Positions 63,022 through 64,000 of a DNA stretch of 64,000 nucleotides are shown here, in pieces. Below the pieces are notes generated by a model. It saw only the letters and a list, made by a program, of their open reading frames with translations, had not been told where the DNA came from and did not search any database. The translations under genes were made by a program, and so were the position numbers. The stretch covers positions 55,412 through 119,411 of the forward strand of contig CAVUZH010000004.1 in assembly GCA_963745835.1 (NCBI GenBank). Direction: 5' to 3'. The DNA comes from an uncultured delta proteobacterium. GTDB lineage: Bacteria > Desulfobacterota > Binatia > UBA9968. Each line of letters starts with the position of its first letter. Position 1 is the stretch's first letter.

Positions 63022-64000
63022 ATGGCTGGCACTCCTATTTTTACCAGCGCAAAAGCAATCAGCCGCCTGCGCGAAACAGTGCACGGTAACACCGCGAACT
63101 TTTACGCGATGTACTCGAGCATCCTTGGCGGCATCGTCAACGATCCGGCAGTCATGGTACTGCCGCTCGATGATCATATGGTGCACCGTGGTCACGGCGT
63201 CTTTGACACCGCTACACTGACGCACGGGATGCTTTATCAACTCGATCCGCATTTGGATCGATTGATTCGGTCGGCCCAGGGAGCACGTGTTCCCTTGCCG
63301 TTTTCTCGCGAGGAACTGCGCCAGATTATTCTCGACACTGCCGCGGCAAGCCGCCAGCGCGATGGATCGGTTCGTTACTGGCTCTCCGCCGGTCCGGGCG
63401 GCTATGGCCTTGGTCCAGCAGAATGTGTTCGCAGTAGTTTTTATGTGATCGTTTTTAAGCAGGAGGCTTATCCGGAAAGCTACTATCATGACGGAATCAA
63501 GCTCATAACCAGCCAAGTGCCGATCAAACCGCCGCTCTTTGCCCGCATCAAGTCAACAAATTATCTGCCTAACGTCCTCGTCCTCTTAGAAGCCAAAGAC
63601 CAAGGCGCCGACAACGGAATTTTCATCGACGAGCGCGGCATGGTGGCGGAAAGCTCGAACATGAACGTAGCTTTCGTGACCGGGGATCGGGTGTTCCGCC
63701 ATCCGCCCTTTGAAGCGATTCTTTCGGGGATCACAATCCAGAGAGTTCTCGAATTCGCCAGGCTGCTCGTGCAGCAAGGGGTACTGAATGCTATCGACCT
63801 CACGCCTATTCTGGTGCAGGAAGGACGCGAAGCGGCGGAAATGATGCTGATCGGTAGCTCGATCAGAGTCGCGCCCGTGGTCCTATGGGACGGGCAAAAA
63901 ATCGGCGACGGCAAACCCGGACCAATTGCCAAGAAGCTGCTGGAAATGTGGAATGAAGACACTACCGCTGCGCAGGATCAGCTCGTCACGGTGCCGTACG
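63022..64000 (+). CDS. Class IV PLP aminotransferase (D-amino-acid transaminase/ADC lyase-like), 3' end off window
   Basis: Hand translation after GAGGTG SD: MAGTPIFTS...YAMYSSILGG...VLPLDDHMVHRGHGVFDT...HLDRL...IKSTNYLPN...ESSNMN...ILSGIT; no stop seen before 64000. Confidence 0.85.
   Translation, partial: MAGTPIFTSAKAISRLRETVHGNTANFYAMYSSILGGIVNDPAVMVLPLDDHMVHRGHGVFDTATLTHGMLYQLDPHLDRLIRSAQGARVPLPFSREELRQIILDTAAASRQRDGSVRYWLSAGPGGYGLGPAECVRSSFYVIVFKQEAYPESYYHDGIKLITSQVPIKPPLFARIKSTNYLPNVLVLLEAKDQGADNGIFIDERGMVAESSNMNVAFVTGDRVFRHPPFEAILSGITIQRVLEFARLLVQQGVLNAIDLTPILVQEGREAAEMMLIGSSIRVAPVVLWDGQKIGDGKPGPIAKKLLEMWNEDTTAAQDQLVTVPY

Overview
A 64-kb bacterial chromosomal window of housekeeping and metabolic genes. 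The repeated NMT1/SsuA-type binding proteins, many amidohydrolases, F420 genes and sigma-54 promoters suggest a delta-proteobacterial/Binatota-like soil organism; this is inference and was not tested. In order: nuoABCD (5' end), SBP plus alpha/beta hydrolase, larC, bioFAD, udgX, radA, tRNA-Leu(CAA), a HAF-repeat protein, two paralogous secreted proteins, an ECF sigma/anti-sigma/DUF3106 operon, F420 genes (cofG-cofD-cofC-cofE-npdG), an amidohydrolase/SBP/racemase cluster, recD2, a CNNM/CBS protein, hisC, a coiled-coil plus twin KaiC-like ATPase operon, clpB with an uncalled coupled 59-aa basic ORF, two MFS pumps, dinB, hemE-hemH-hemY, CAP and PG-binding proteins, hrpB, an HpaB-like monooxygenase, a GNAT, an SBP/D-glutamate-cyclase-like/cyclic amidohydrolase operon and an ABC-2 pair. 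The strongest novel-system candidate is at the right end: a heme-oxygenase-like diiron (CADD/HDO) domain fused to an atypical enolase-superfamily domain, followed by a GH3 amide synthetase, a membrane protein and a plant-type class IV aminotransferase. Six genes each carry one extra base, most likely assembly errors. No CRISPR array, integrase or transposase was seen. All family assignments come from reading motifs by eye; no database searches were run.
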